Shown piece by piece: positions 63,738 to 64,000 of a stretch of 64,000 nucleotides of DNA. Below the pieces are notes generated by a model. It was given only the letters and a program-made list of their open reading frames with translations. It ran no database searches and was not told the origin of the DNA. This DNA comes from Candidatus Stammera capleta (GTDB taxonomy: Bacteria > Pseudomonadota > Gammaproteobacteria > Enterobacterales > Enterobacteriaceae), in NCBI GenBank assembly GCA_036689495.1, contig CP144840.1, positions 46,560 through 110,559 on the forward strand, read 5' to 3'. Position 1 is the first letter of the stretch, and each line of letters opens with the position of its first letter. Both the position numbers and the translations under genes were made by a program.

Positions 63738-64000
63738 AATGAAGAAAAAATTTTGAAGTAAAAATATTGCTATTAAATTAGCTTTAAAGGAAGGTATACA
63801 TTTAAAATATATTCATTGAATAATAATTTATTATTTTAGATTATTTTATTTTAAAAATAATTCTTTACCTAATGTTAGAAATTTATTAAATTTTTTAAAT
63901 ATTAAATATAGTAAAAAATATAATAGTATTTTTTTGTATAAACTTTTTCCCAAAGGAATTGTTAAACAAGTTTCTAAAATTTCTAATTTACCTAAAAATG
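63738..64000 (+). CDS. tusE: sulfurtransferase TusE (DsrC family), 3' end lies outside the window
   Basis: MKKKFW-SKNIAIKLALKEGIHLKYIHW-IIIYYFRLFYFKNN.LPNVRNLL...FLYKLFPKGIVKQVSKISNLPKN, compared with E. coli TusE ...GISLSPEHWEVVRFVRDFY...PAIRML...[23 protein letters not shown]. Confidence 0.75.

Overview
This window is an extremely A+T-rich, almost gap-free piece of a highly reduced proteobacterial genome, most plausibly an obligate insect-type endosymbiont. By my coordinates only about 2.2 kb of the 64 kb lies outside a called feature. The main technical point is that UGA is read as tryptophan (translation table 4). The supplied standard-code ORF track therefore splits roughly half the genes. 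Joining same-frame fragments across in-frame TGA gives 72 intact protein genes, one frameshifted gene (ihfB-like), one tRNA-Arg(UCU) and the RNase P RNA.

Gene content:
- 1-13.6 kb: tuf 3' end and the complete S10-spc-alpha ribosomal superoperon (rpsJ to rplQ, with secY and rpoA). rpmD is missing.
- 13.6-17.6 kb: alr, glyQ, glyS.
- 17.6-22.8 kb, minus strand: mnmA, dacA, rodA, mrdA.
- 22.9-32.6 kb: pgi, rpsT, rsmA, a DedA-family protein, ileS, dnaK, dnaJ.
- 32.6-42.8 kb: glyA, speB, speA, metK, tsaB, rlmN, a truncated rodZ, hisS, der.
- 42.8-54.3 kb: rnpB, an orphan membrane ORF, cysS, folD, tRNA-Arg, lon, clpX, clpP, nusB, infA, trxB, serS, dusA.
- 54.3-64 kb: ihfB-like (frameshifted), rpsA, ssb, dnaB, hemW, rsmD, rpoH, hslV, hslU, mutM, tusE.

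Local gene order mirrors Enterobacterales synteny with intervening genes deleted. I found no mobile elements, CRISPR arrays, defence islands, rRNA genes or convincing intrinsic terminators.

The most interesting signals are:
- the UGA recoding itself;
- an IHF/HU-family gene split by a frameshift in an A9 tract, possibly rescued by slippage;
- A16-A22 homopolymers inside essential genes;
- a likely ancestral UGA stop at the rplP/rpmC junction that is now read through;
- a retained elongasome/peptidoglycan set with a minimal RodZ;
- one orphan 150-codon membrane ORF.

I did not compute GC content or run any database search. All product calls rest on reading the translations and on recalled family signatures.
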